Positions 44,724-53,656 of a DNA stretch of 64,000 nt are shown here, in pieces (within the stretch, counting starts at the first letter, position 1; each line of letters starts with the position of its first letter). The position numbers were made by a program, and so were the translations under genes. The stretch comes from Deltaproteobacteria bacterium. Its GTDB lineage: Bacteria; Myxococcota_A; Polyangia; DRWM01; JAAZOP01. Below the pieces are notes generated by a model that was not told the origin of the DNA, did no database searches, and worked only from the letters and a program-made list of their open reading frames with translations. The stretch covers positions 40,779 to 104,778 of the forward strand of contig JACRCZ010000048.1 in NCBI GenBank assembly GCA_016218765.1, written 5' to 3'.

Positions 44724-47630
44724 CTACAGTCCGACGATCCCGGCGGTGCGATCGACGCCCGCGCCGTACTCGAACTCCTCGATCGGGTCGGTGTCGTGGA
44801 CGCGCTGGGTCCAGAGGGAGTCGTCGGCTGGGACGGCGGTATCGGGGCGCGTGTAGGTGTCGTCGCCGTCGGCGTCGAAGAAGAGGCCCATGGTGGGGAA
44901 GAGGGTGCGGGCGCCGGAGGCGGGATCGACCTGCGCGTTGCCGAAGGAGAAGTCGCTGGAGCATTCGTAGGAGTCGACGCCGGCGCGGTCGGCGAGCCAG
45001 CCGAAGCCGTCCTCGTTGCCCGCGCCGAGGGAGAGGTTCGGGGCGCCGTAGGAGTCGTCGCCGGCGTCGTCCATGAGGAAGGCGGTGGAAAAGTCGTGGC
45101 CGCCGCCGAGGGTGACGTTGAGGCGTCGCGCGGTGGCGTTGTAGACGTCGTTGCCTGCGGCGTCCCAGAGGGCGGCCATGGCATAGTGTGCGGCGCCGCC
45201 TTCGACGTACCAGCGTGCGTCGTAGTGGTCGGCGCCGCTGCCGTCGGCGAGGATGCCGGTGCCGAACCAGTAGCCCGAGCCTTCGCAGAAGACGGCGCAT
45301 TCGTAGTCGTCGTTGCCGGCGAGGTCGCGCAGGACGCCGAGGCCGCCGGACATGTAGACGCCGTCGCCGCCGCCGCCGAGGTCGGAGCGGCGGCCGAAGC
45401 CCATGCCTTGCGACATGCTGGAGTTGGAGCGGCCGGGGTCCTGCGGGTTGTAGTAGAGGACGTCGTCGGGCTGCGCGAGGTAGGTGTCGTCGCCGCCGTC
45501 GTCGTACAGGATGCCGGCGCCGAGCACGTAGGCGAAGCCCTGGACGCCGTAGTAGCCCTCGTAGTGGTCGATGCCTTCGCCTGCGTCGAGGAGGATGCCG
45601 ACGCCGAAGGTGGAGGCGCCCTGGCAGCCGGCTTCGCAGAGGTAGCGGTCGTCGCCGCCGGCATCGTAGAGGATGCCGACACCGAGGGAGCCCCAGCCCT
45701 GGCTCATGCGGAGGGAGCGGTATTCGTCGCCGGAGTCGCCGTGGTCGAGGAGGATGCCGATGCCCAGGGAGCCGCTGCCCTGCCGGCCGATGGTGGAGAG
45801 GGAGAAGGGGCCGTAGTAGGCGTCGCCGGGGTAGCGGCCCTGCGCGTCGGAGGGGAGGCGGGGCGGGGTGTCGGCGGGCCGCGGACGTTCGTCGTAGCCG
45901 TAGATGTCGGCGCCTCCGAGATCGATGGCGAGGGACACGGGGTTGTTGCGCGAGCGGGTGGCGCCGGCCTGGACGCGGTAGGTGTCGTTCCCGCCGGTGT
46001 CGACGAGCAGCAGGATGTCGCCGGAGAGGTCGGCGGTTTCGTGGGCGTCGTCGGCGCCGTCGCGGACGGCGATGATGCCGAGCGGTGTATCCCAGGTGGC
46101 GGAGAAGCCGGTGTCGTCGAGAAATCGGTCGAGGTCGGCGGCTTCGACGGTTGCCAGCAGGTCGGCGCCGGCCTGGAAGAGCGTGGCGTAGCCGAAATCA
46201 TCGATCAGGAAGTCCTGGATGTCGCGGCGGGTGACGGTGAGCGAGCTGGTCGAAGGCAACACGAGGCCCGGGGTATCGGAGCGGATGCGGGCGACGAGGG
46301 AGTCGTTCGCCGCGATCGGGGCGATGGCGACGTCCCGTGCGGTCGCGGCCTCGTCGAGGGCGACGATCACGGGTGCGAGGGCGGAGCGGAGGGGGGCGGG
46401 GAGCGTCGCTGCTTCGGCGGCGATGGCGTCGCGGTCGGCGGGACCGCCGTGGTGGTCGATGAGGGACGCAATCGCCTCGGTGAGGGGGTCGGTGGGATCG
46501 ACGGCCGGGTCGTGCGGGCGGTCCAGGATCGGGTGGCCTTGGCGCTCGGCGGCGCGGAGGAGGAGTCCGCGCGGGGTGGTGGCGGCATCGAGCGCCCCGA
46601 CCAGGTCGCGGACGAAGGGCTCGCCCCGGAGCCATTCGCCGTGGATGTCGTCGTACCACGGCAGGCGGAACCGATCGTTCGCCAGCTCGGGGCCGAAGCG
46701 GTCCATCGAGTCCTTGCTGAAGAACAGATCGCAGCGGTCGAGGCCCAGGGCGTCGAGCGCGTCGTCGAGCATGGAGCCCGGGACGCGCTGGAGACAGATG
46801 CAGTCGTCGGGGAGGCAGTAGCGATCGAGGTCGGCGGGCGAGGTGCCGGCGACGGGGAGGCAGCGGGAAGAGGCCGGACAGTCGGCGGCGGCGGTACACG
46901 GCTTCGAGCACAGCTCCGGGAGGCGGGCGTCGACGGTGCGGAGGCAGGTGTCGGAGCCGCCGGTGCAGGACGCACCGCCGACGCAGGACGCGCCGACGCC
47001 GGTGGCGGGCGGGTTCGCGCCGCAGCGCTCGGGCGGCGGCGGGAGGGGCTCGAGGCAGGCCCGGACGCCGTCGCCGCGGTCGGCGCAGCGGTTGAAGCCC
47101 GGGTCGCAATCGATGTCGCGGGAGCAGGCCCGGGTGCAGAAGCCAGAGGTGGAGCCGGCGGGGTCGGAGCAGGTGTCGAAGCGGCCGTCACAGCCCCAGG
47201 CGCGGCAGGGTTCGCCCAGGCCGGAGACGATGCAGGTCTCGGCGACGGGGGCGCAGTATTCGCCCCCGTCGCGGGTGGTGCACTCGGAGCCGTCGGGGCA
47301 CGGGAGGCCGCCGGCGCAGCTCGGCAGGCAGGACATCTCGAGACCGTCGAAGAGCGCGCAGGTTCCGGTGGGGCCGCAATCGGCGTCCCAGCGGCAGGGG
47401 AGGCAGTAGACGTCGGTGGGTGGGGCGTCGTCGGGCGCGTCCTCGCCGTCCAGGGCGTCGTCGCCGGCCGCGTCGTCGGGCGCGACGTCCTCGTCCAGCG
47501 CGTCGTCAACGGCTGCGTCGTCGCCGGTTGCGTCGTCCGGGGCGGCGTCGGTGGGGGAACTGTCGTCGCCGCAGGCGGGAAGAACGCAACAGGCGAGCAG
47601 GAAGCAGCACGTCCATGGTGTTGGGCTCAT
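44724..47630 (-). CDS. Large exported lipoprotein with a Cys-rich N-terminal region and about 12 tandem GxGxLxDxGxDDxY repeats (propeller-like)
   Basis: A GGAGGAA SD lies 5 nt upstream of the ATG at 47630. The lipobox is VLPAC. An acidic linker follows. Repeats include SLGIGILLDHGDSGDEY, SLGVGILYDAGGDDRY, TFGVGILLDAGEGIDHY and AYVLGAGILYDDGGDDTY. Confidence 0.6.
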   Translation of the reverse strand: MSPTPWTCCFLLACCVLPACGDDSSPTDAAPDDATGDDAAVDDALDEDVAPDDAAGDDALDGEDAPDDAPPTDVYCLPCRWDADCGPTGTCALFDGLEMSCLPSCAGGLPCPDGSECTTRDGGEYCAPVAETCIVSGLGEPCRAWGCDGRFDTCSDPAGSTSGFCTRACSRDIDCDPGFNRCADRGDGVRACLEPLPPPPERCGANPPATGVGASCVGGASCTGGSDTCLRTVDARLPELCSKPCTAAADCPASSRCLPVAGTSPADLDRYCLPDDCICLQRVPGSMLDDALDALGLDRCDLFFSKDSMDRFGPELANDRFRLPWYDDIHGEWLRGEPFVRDLVGALDAATTPRGLLLRAAERQGHPILDRPHDPAVDPTDPLTEAIASLIDHHGGPADRDAIAAEAATLPAPLRSALAPVIVALDEAATARDVAIAPIAANDSLVARIRSDTPGLVLPSTSSLTVTRRDIQDFLIDDFGYATLFQAGADLLATVEAADLDRFLDDTGFSATWDTPLGIIAVRDGADDAHETADLSGDILLLVDTGGNDTYRVQAGATRSRNNPVSLAIDLGGADIYGYDERPRPADTPPRLPSDAQGRYPGDAYYGPFSLSTIGRQGSGSLGIGILLDHGDSGDEYRSLRMSQGWGSLGVGILYDAGGDDRYLCEAGCQGASTFGVGILLDAGEGIDHYEGYYGVQGFAYVLGAGILYDDGGDDTYLAQPDDVLYYNPQDPGRSNSSMSQGMGFGRRSDLGGGGDGVYMSGGLGVLRDLAGNDDYECAVFCEGSGYWFGTGILADGSGADHYDARWYVEGGAAHYAMAALWDAAGNDVYNATARRLNVTLGGGHDFSTAFLMDDAGDDSYGAPNLSLGAGNEDGFGWLADRAGVDSYECSSDFSFGNAQVDPASGARTLFPTMGLFFDADGDDTYTRPDTAVPADDSLWTQRVHDTDPIEEFEYGAGVDRTAGIVGL

Positions 47631-47763
47631 CGGGGTTCCTCCGTCCGGCAAGCGTACCGGGCGGGGGGATTCCGCGCAATGAAGGCCGCGGGGTAAGGGC
47701 GAGCCGGAGTTCGCGCAAAGGGCGCAAAGGGACGCAAAGGGCGCAAAGAGGGGGGGCGGGGCT

Positions 47764-47792
47764 TGACATCTGCAATCGTGGTGCTATCAATA
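47764..47792 (+). promoter_or_regulatory. Sigma-70-like promoter, TTGACA-16 nt-TATCAA, in an unusually AT-rich patch
   Basis: The -35 TTGACA is at 47764-47769 and the -10 TATCAA at 47786-47791. A duplicated GCTATCA sits 22 nt upstream of the SPFH-gene ATG. Confidence 0.4.
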
Positions 47793-47813
47793 TGCTATCA
47801 GGAGGTGGGAGCG

Positions 47814-48683
47814 ATGAAGGAGAAGGAACGGAGCGGGGCGCCGGGGATTCCGTTGCTGGTGCTGTTCGTGGTGGTGGCGATCGGGGTGGGGGTCTGGCTG
47901 GCGCTGGCGGGGCGGCATCCGGGGCCGGCGGTGGTGGCGGCGGCGGTGACGGTGATTGTCGTGGACGTGTTCTGCCTGGCGGGCTTCTTCCTGGTCAATC
48001 CGAACGAGGGGCGGGTGTTGCAGCTCTTTGGGGACTACCGGGGGACGGCGCGGGCGCCGGGCTTGCGGTGGGCGAACCCGTTCCTGTCGAAGCGGGCGAT
48101 CTCGCTGCGGGTGCGCAACTTCGAGACGGCGAAGCTGAAGGTCAACGACAAGCGCGGCAACCCGATCGAGATCGCGGCGGTCGTGGTGTGGCGCGTGGTG
48201 GACACGGCGCAGGCGGCGTTCCACGTCGACAATTACGAGAACTACGTGCGGGTGCAGAGCGAGGCCGCGTTGCGCAACCTGGCGACGGGTTACGTGTACG
48301 ACGCGCACGACGCGGGCGAGGTGGACCTAAGCGGCCACACGGCGGAGGTCTCGGGCAAGCTGCGGGTGGAGCTGCACGAGCGGCTGGCGCAGGCGGGGGT
48401 CGAGGTGACGGAGGCGCGGATCAGCCATCTGGCGTATGCGCCGGAGATCGCGGCGGTGATGCTGCGGCGGCAGCAGGCGACGGCGGTGGTGGCGGCGCGG
48501 CAGAAGATCGTGGAGGGCGCGGTGGGGATGGTGGAGCACGCGCTGGATCTTCTGGCGCAGAAGCAGGTGATCCGGCTCGACGAGGAGCGCAAGGCCTCGA
48601 TGGTGAGCAACCTGCTGGTGGTGCTGTGCAGCGAGCACTCGACGCAGCCGGTGGTGAACACGGGGACATTGTACCAGGGGTAG
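47814..48683 (+). CDS. SPFH/band-7 (stomatin/prohibitin-like) membrane protein
   Basis: An N-terminal TM is followed by the SPFH core ([16 protein letters not shown]...ISLRVRNFE...AVVVWRVVD). A GGAGG RBS is present. Confidence 0.75.
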   Translation: MKEKERSGAPGIPLLVLFVVVAIGVGVWLALAGRHPGPAVVAAAVTVIVVDVFCLAGFFLVNPNEGRVLQLFGDYRGTARAPGLRWANPFLSKRAISLRVRNFETAKLKVNDKRGNPIEIAAVVVWRVVDTAQAAFHVDNYENYVRVQSEAALRNLATGYVYDAHDAGEVDLSGHTAEVSGKLRVELHERLAQAGVEVTEARISHLAYAPEIAAVMLRRQQATAVVAARQKIVEGAVGMVEHALDLLAQKQVIRLDEERKASMVSNLLVVLCSEHSTQPVVNTGTLYQG

Positions 48684-48704
48684 GTTGGTCGTGCTGGGTC
48701 GAAT

Positions 48705-48896
48705 TTGATGGCAGACCGCAAGCCGTTCCTGGTTCGGCTCTCGCCGGAGCTGCTCGACGCGCTCCAGCGGTGGGCGGCGGACGAGTTCCGCAGCTTGAAC
48801 GGCCAGATCGAGTTCCTGCTGCACGACGCCGCGCGTCGGGCCGGGCGGCTGCCGCCCCGGGATCCTCCCGGGGGTGCGAAGACCCGCGGAAAGTAG
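48705..48896 (+). CDS. Small ribbon-helix-helix (Arc/CopG-like) protein
   Basis: [34 protein letters not shown] fits a beta-strand followed by two helices. The ORF is 63 aa. Confidence 0.4.
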   Translation: MMADRKPFLVRLSPELLDALQRWAADEFRSLNGQIEFLLHDAARRAGRLPPRDPPGGAKTRGK

Positions 48897-49029
48897 CCGG
48901 GGTCTCGGTCGACCCGGACGGCGCATGGTCCGGGCCGTGCTGATCGCCGCGCGGGCTGCCGGACGTGGCCGCGCCGCGCAGGTCCTGCGACAGGTGATCG
49001 ACCCTGCGACAGGCCTGTCCGCACGAATG

Positions 49030-50619
49030 TCAGGCGCGCAGTCGGAAGCGCTGGATCTTGCCGGTGGCGCTCTTGGGCAGGGCGGGGACGAACTCGATCC
49101 AGCGGGGGTACTTGTAGGCCGCCAGGTCGGACTTGACCAGGGCCTTGATCTCTTCCGCCAGGGCCTCGGACGGCTGCCGGGCCTGGCGCAAGACGACGAA
49201 GGCCTTGGGCTTGACGAGGTGGTGTTCGTCCTGCTGTCCGACGACGGCGCACTCCAGAACGGCGGGATGCCGGCACACGGCGCTTTCCACCTCGACCGGG
49301 GAGACCCAGATGCCGCCGACCTTGAGCATGTCGTCGCCGCGGCCGCTGCACCACCAGAAGCCGTCCGCGTCGACGTGGTACTTGTCGCCGGTCGCCGTCC
49401 ACTCGCCGACCATGGTGCTGCGGGTCTTCTCGGGCCGGTGCCAGTAGAGGCGGGCGGCGGAGCCGCCCTTGACCAGGAGGCTGCCCACGTCGCCCTGTGC
49501 GACGGGCCGTCCGGCCTCGTCGACGAGCTGCAGCTCGTATCCCGGGACGGGCTTGCCGGTGCTGCCGGGGCGGGCGTCGCCGGGGCGGTTGGAGAGGAAG
49601 ATGTGCAGCAGCTCGGTGGAGCCGATGCCGTCGAGGATTTCCAGACCGAAGCGGGTCTTCCAGCGGTGGAAGAGGTCGGCCGGGAGCGCCTCGCCGGCGG
49701 AGACGCACCGTCGGACCGAGGAGAGATCCGCGGCGGCGTCGGGGTGGCGTGCGCCGCCGGACTCGGCTTCGCGGCGCTCGATCCAGTCGAGCAGCGCGGC
49801 ATAGAGGGTGGGGACGGCGAAGAAGACGGTGGGCCGGAAGTCGCGCAGGTACGAGAGGACGGTTTCGGGCGTGGGGCGTTCGGGGCAGAGGACGGCGGAG
49901 GCGCCGACGGCGAGGGGGAAGGAGAGGCTGTTGCCCAGGCCGTAGGCGAAGAAGAGCTTGGAGGCGGAGAACACGACGTCGTCTTCGGTGAGGCCGAGCA
50001 CGCCCTGTCCGTAGTTGCGGGCGGTGACGGTCATGTCGAACATGGCGTGGACGACGCCCTTGGGCGCACCGGTAGAGCCGGAGGAGTAGAGCCAGAAGCC
50101 CGGGTCGTCCTTGGTGGTCGCCGCGGTCTTGACGATGGAAGGGGCGCGCCGGTAGGCCTGCTGGAAGGGGATGCGGGCGCCGTCCTTCTGGGAGATCACG
50201 ATCAAGTCGCGCAGGTGAGGCAGGTCGCCCCGGATCTGGTGGATCACGGGATCCAGTTCCTCGCTGACGGCGAAGACCCGGGCGCGCGAGTCGTTGAGCT
50301 GGAGCTCGAAGTCCCTGGCGGTCATCATGGTGCTGAGCGGGATGGGGACGGCGCCGATGCGGATGGCGCCGAGGAACACGGCGTAGAACTGGGGGATATC
50401 GAGGAGGGCCATGGCGACGCGATCCTCGATGCGGACGCCGAGGTCGCGCAGGGCGTTCGCGGTCTTGTTGACCATCTTCAGCAGGTCGTCGTACGTGTAG
50501 TCGCGCAGGCGGGTGCGGAGCACGACCTTGCGGCCGCGGCCCTCGCGGACGTTCCGGTCGACGAACCAGTCGGCGGCGTTGAACGGCTCGGTGTCCGGCG
50601 CGTCGTTCGTGTCGGTCAT
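49030..50619 (-). CDS. AMP-dependent synthetase / benzoate-CoA ligase family
   Basis: AMP-binding motif [12 protein letters not shown]. The ORF is 529 aa. Confidence 0.8.
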   Translation of the reverse strand: MTDTNDAPDTEPFNAADWFVDRNVREGRGRKVVLRTRLRDYTYDDLLKMVNKTANALRDLGVRIEDRVAMALLDIPQFYAVFLGAIRIGAVPIPLSTMMTARDFELQLNDSRARVFAVSEELDPVIHQIRGDLPHLRDLIVISQKDGARIPFQQAYRRAPSIVKTAATTKDDPGFWLYSSGSTGAPKGVVHAMFDMTVTARNYGQGVLGLTEDDVVFSASKLFFAYGLGNSLSFPLAVGASAVLCPERPTPETVLSYLRDFRPTVFFAVPTLYAALLDWIERREAESGGARHPDAAADLSSVRRCVSAGEALPADLFHRWKTRFGLEILDGIGSTELLHIFLSNRPGDARPGSTGKPVPGYELQLVDEAGRPVAQGDVGSLLVKGGSAARLYWHRPEKTRSTMVGEWTATGDKYHVDADGFWWCSGRGDDMLKVGGIWVSPVEVESAVCRHPAVLECAVVGQQDEHHLVKPKAFVVLRQARQPSEALAEEIKALVKSDLAAYKYPRWIEFVPALPKSATGKIQRFRLRA

Positions 50620-50786
50620 GGCGGCCCCCTTCGCCCGGCTTGGCGGGCGCGACTGTGTAGCACGTGGAGGCGGGCGGCCGGAAGCGTTGCGTCCGCTTCC
50701 GTCCACTCCGCGGTGCCCTTCCCTCTGGATCGTCCCGTCTCGACGACCGTAGGATGAGCCTCGCGGAGGGAAGGAAGGTGCGGGCA

Positions 50787-51509
50787 ATGCGGGACGTGCG
50801 GGCGCTAATCGTCGTCTGTGGATTCCTGGCGGCCGGTTGTGGCGCGCGCGGCGGCGGTTCGACCGCCTCGGACCGCGGCGCGGAAGCGGCCGTGCCTGCC
50901 GCGGATGCGGCGCCGTCCCTCCCGGCCGCCGGGTGGATGACCGTCCGCGCCGGACGGCTCGGGACGCTGGAGGTCGAGCGGCGTCTGTACGAGCGTGCCG
51001 GGAGCGAGCTGTTCTTCGTGCGCTTCCGGATCGTGAACTCGACGGGCGGTCCGATCGGGGTCGACCTGCGCGACTACGACACGGTCGCCTACCCCAACCA
51101 GTGGGGGGGCCTGAACGAGGACCACCGCACGGTGATCGACGAGGGGCGTGCCGTCGCCCGCCCGCTGGACGAGGCGCGCCGGGCGGATCTGGTCGAGGCA
51201 TTCGCGCGCGGGGAGTTGGCGGTCGCGGCGCCCGGCGCGGCTGTCGAGTATTTCCGCGAGTTCAACGCCTCGGGTCGAGCCGACGTCGACGCCGCCGGCG
51301 CTCCGTGGCTCTTCGTCAGTCTCTCGGGGCAGATCTTCCTTTCGGACGGCCGGGATGCCGAGAGCCTGGCGCTGGACTGGGACTCGGCCGACGTCGCGAA
51401 CACCGACCTCGTCCTGGCGACGCCGCTCGATTGGGCCGTGGTCCCCGGCGGCGCCCGCGTCGTGGAGCCCGACGCGCGACACGAGCCATCGACCCCGGCC
51501 GGCCCGTGA
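50787..51509 (+). CDS. Hypothetical lipoprotein
   Basis: [18 protein letters not shown] gives the lipobox. A GGAGGGAAGGAAGG RBS is present. Confidence 0.5.
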   Translation: MRDVRALIVVCGFLAAGCGARGGGSTASDRGAEAAVPAADAAPSLPAAGWMTVRAGRLGTLEVERRLYERAGSELFFVRFRIVNSTGGPIGVDLRDYDTVAYPNQWGGLNEDHRTVIDEGRAVARPLDEARRADLVEAFARGELAVAAPGAAVEYFREFNASGRADVDAAGAPWLFVSLSGQIFLSDGRDAESLALDWDSADVANTDLVLATPLDWAVVPGGARVVEPDARHEPSTPAGP

Positions 51510-51557
51510 GGGCAGCGTCCGGCGGGAAGCGGGCGACCGGTTCCGGACCGGTTCGCG

Positions 51558-52640
51558 TCAGGGGGCGTCGGCGAGCGCATCGAAGACGGGGTGGAAGGCG
51601 CGACTGATCCGCTTGGCGAAGCGGTTCGAGGCGAAGACGATGCCGAGTTTCCTGCCGGGGTAGATGCGGACCTCCGTGGTGTATCCGGGCGCCCCTCCCT
51701 CGTGGTTGAGGAACACCCCGTGCCGGCCTTCGCCGAGCTTCCAGCCGAGTCCGACCCCGAGGCGGGAGCACATCCCGGCGGCACCACGGACGCTCAGGGT
51801 CTGCATGGCCTTGCGCGACGCGTCGCCCAGGAGCAGGCTCTTTTCCGCGAGCTGGTCCCGGAGGAACGCGGCGAAGTCGAGCACCGAGCCCACGAGGCCG
51901 CCGATCGGGGTGGCATCCAGGTCGTAGTGGCGGAGCTCCGTGTAGGGTCCCACGGTGGTCGCGCACAACCGTCTCATGAGCTCGGGCATTCCGAGCCGGA
52001 AGAGGAACTTCATCAGGTCCCAGCGGGCGAAGTACCCCGTCGCGGCCCGCGCCATGACGGCGGGATCGAGCATGCGGAAGCCGGCCTTCATGTCGATCGG
52101 GCGCAGCAGCTCGCCGGTCATCCATTCGGTGACGGGCTTCCCGCCGAGCCGTTCGAGGAGGGCGCCGAGCAGGAGGAAGCCGGTGTTGCAGTAGGACACG
52201 CGGGACCCGGGAGCTCCCGTCGCGCGGAACTGGTAGCCCCTGAGTGTCCGCTCGAGCCCCGGCGGCGCTTCGCCCTCGAAGTGGGCCTTTAGGAAGACCC
52301 GGTAGTCGTCCTTCAGCGTCGAGGTGTGGTTGAGGAGCTGGCGCACGGTGATGCCGGGTGGAAGGCCGAGTTCCGGAAGCAGCCGGGCGACTTCATCCTC
52401 GAGTCCGAGCCGCCCCTGTTCGGCGAGGCGCATGATCCCGGTGGCGGTGAGGAGTTTGGTCACGGAGCAGAAGTGGTAGTCGGTCGTTTCGGTCGCGGGC
52501 CGATTCTCCCGCAGATCGGCGACGCCGTACCCGCGGGCTTCGCGAACGCCGTCGGCCCCGACGACGGCCAGCGAGCATCCCGGCACGGAGAGGGACCTCA
52601 ACGCCGCTTCGATGCGCGGGGCGAAGTCATCGAGGATCAT
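51558..52640 (-). CDS. Serine hydrolase of the class-C beta-lactamase/esterase family
   Basis: SxxK motif (FCSVTKLL). The ORF is 360 aa. Confidence 0.75.
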   Translation of the reverse strand: MILDDFAPRIEAALRSLSVPGCSLAVVGADGVREARGYGVADLRENRPATETTDYHFCSVTKLLTATGIMRLAEQGRLGLEDEVARLLPELGLPPGITVRQLLNHTSTLKDDYRVFLKAHFEGEAPPGLERTLRGYQFRATGAPGSRVSYCNTGFLLLGALLERLGGKPVTEWMTGELLRPIDMKAGFRMLDPAVMARAATGYFARWDLMKFLFRLGMPELMRRLCATTVGPYTELRHYDLDATPIGGLVGSVLDFAAFLRDQLAEKSLLLGDASRKAMQTLSVRGAAGMCSRLGVGLGWKLGEGRHGVFLNHEGGAPGYTTEVRIYPGRKLGIVFASNRFAKRISRAFHPVFDALADAP

Positions 52641-52738
52641 GGCCGCCGGTCCTCATGGTCGTCCTCCGCCACGCAACACGAACCGAACCCTGGCTCGGCC
52701 GTGCTGCGGCGTCAAGTCGCGCGCCGGTCGCGGCGCGA

Positions 52739-53656
52739 TCAGGGACCGGGGACCGCGAGAGGCGGCCGGCCGACCTGCGGCTGCGGGCGGGAGCGTCCGA
52801 CGCCGGAGCCCGGGATGACGAAGGCGACGTCTTCGACGAGCGAGACGGCGCCGTCGTTCTCGATGCGCAGGCGCAGTCGTTGGAGGGCGTCGGAGGAGGA
52901 GAAGCCGCTGCTCGAGCCGCGCAGGCGAGCGGCGTCGTCGTCCGGGGCGAAGTCGCTGAGCCAGATCACGGCGTCGAAGCCGCCGTCGCGCGGGTCGGCC
53001 CGGGACTCGACGATGTCCGCGCCGTCCCGGCGCAGGTTCTCGCGGGCGGCGGCCGCCGCCTCGACGGAGTCGGTTTTCGCGGCGAGGATCGCCTGGAGGT
53101 CGTCCTCGCCGGGAACGAGTCCGAGGCCGGGGCGGAGGTCGCCGGCGATCAGCCGAGCGAGCGCCTGCGCCTCCTCCGTCGTCTCCGGGCCGGCCGACGC
53201 GGCCGCGAGAAACCGACTCCACCCGTCGAGACGAAGCGGCTCGTCCCAGGGCTCGACCGGGGCCAGCTCGATCGCGGGCAGCTCCTGCGGCGTCAGGAGG
53301 AAGCGGGCATCGCCGGCCGCGCCGACCAGGGCGTCGTCGGCCTCGGAGCTGCCGCCGCAGGTCTCGCCGGTGGAGCAGCACGAGCCCATGTCCACGGCGT
53401 ACCAGACCTCGCCGTCGCCCAGCGTGCGGACGCGCTCGACGCGCGGGCGGCGGTTTTCCCAGTCCAGCTTTCGCGACACGAAGCGACCGATGCGGCGGCC
53501 CGCCGCGGTGCAGGCGTCGGGGCCGTCGTCGGCGGCGTCCTGCGCGAAGGCCGCGCCTCCGAACCCGGCCCGGCCAAGGGCGACGAAGGCGACGGCCGCC
53601 GTTCCGTGCGGGCGCGCGCGGGTGGCCGCTTGCCGGACCTCGCGGTTCGGCCTCAT
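52739..53656 (-). CDS. Hypothetical exported protein
   Basis: An internal Met of ORF 52739..55507 gives a 305-aa protein. Its start overlaps the stop of the upstream FG-GAP gene (ATGA). Confidence 0.45.
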   Translation of the reverse strand: MRPNREVRQAATRARPHGTAAVAFVALGRAGFGGAAFAQDAADDGPDACTAAGRRIGRFVSRKLDWENRRPRVERVRTLGDGEVWYAVDMGSCCSTGETCGGSSEADDALVGAAGDARFLLTPQELPAIELAPVEPWDEPLRLDGWSRFLAAASAGPETTEEAQALARLIAGDLRPGLGLVPGEDDLQAILAAKTDSVEAAAAARENLRRDGADIVESRADPRDGGFDAVIWLSDFAPDDDAARLRGSSSGFSSSDALQRLRLRIENDGAVSLVEDVAFVIPGSGVGRSRPQPQVGRPPLAVPGP

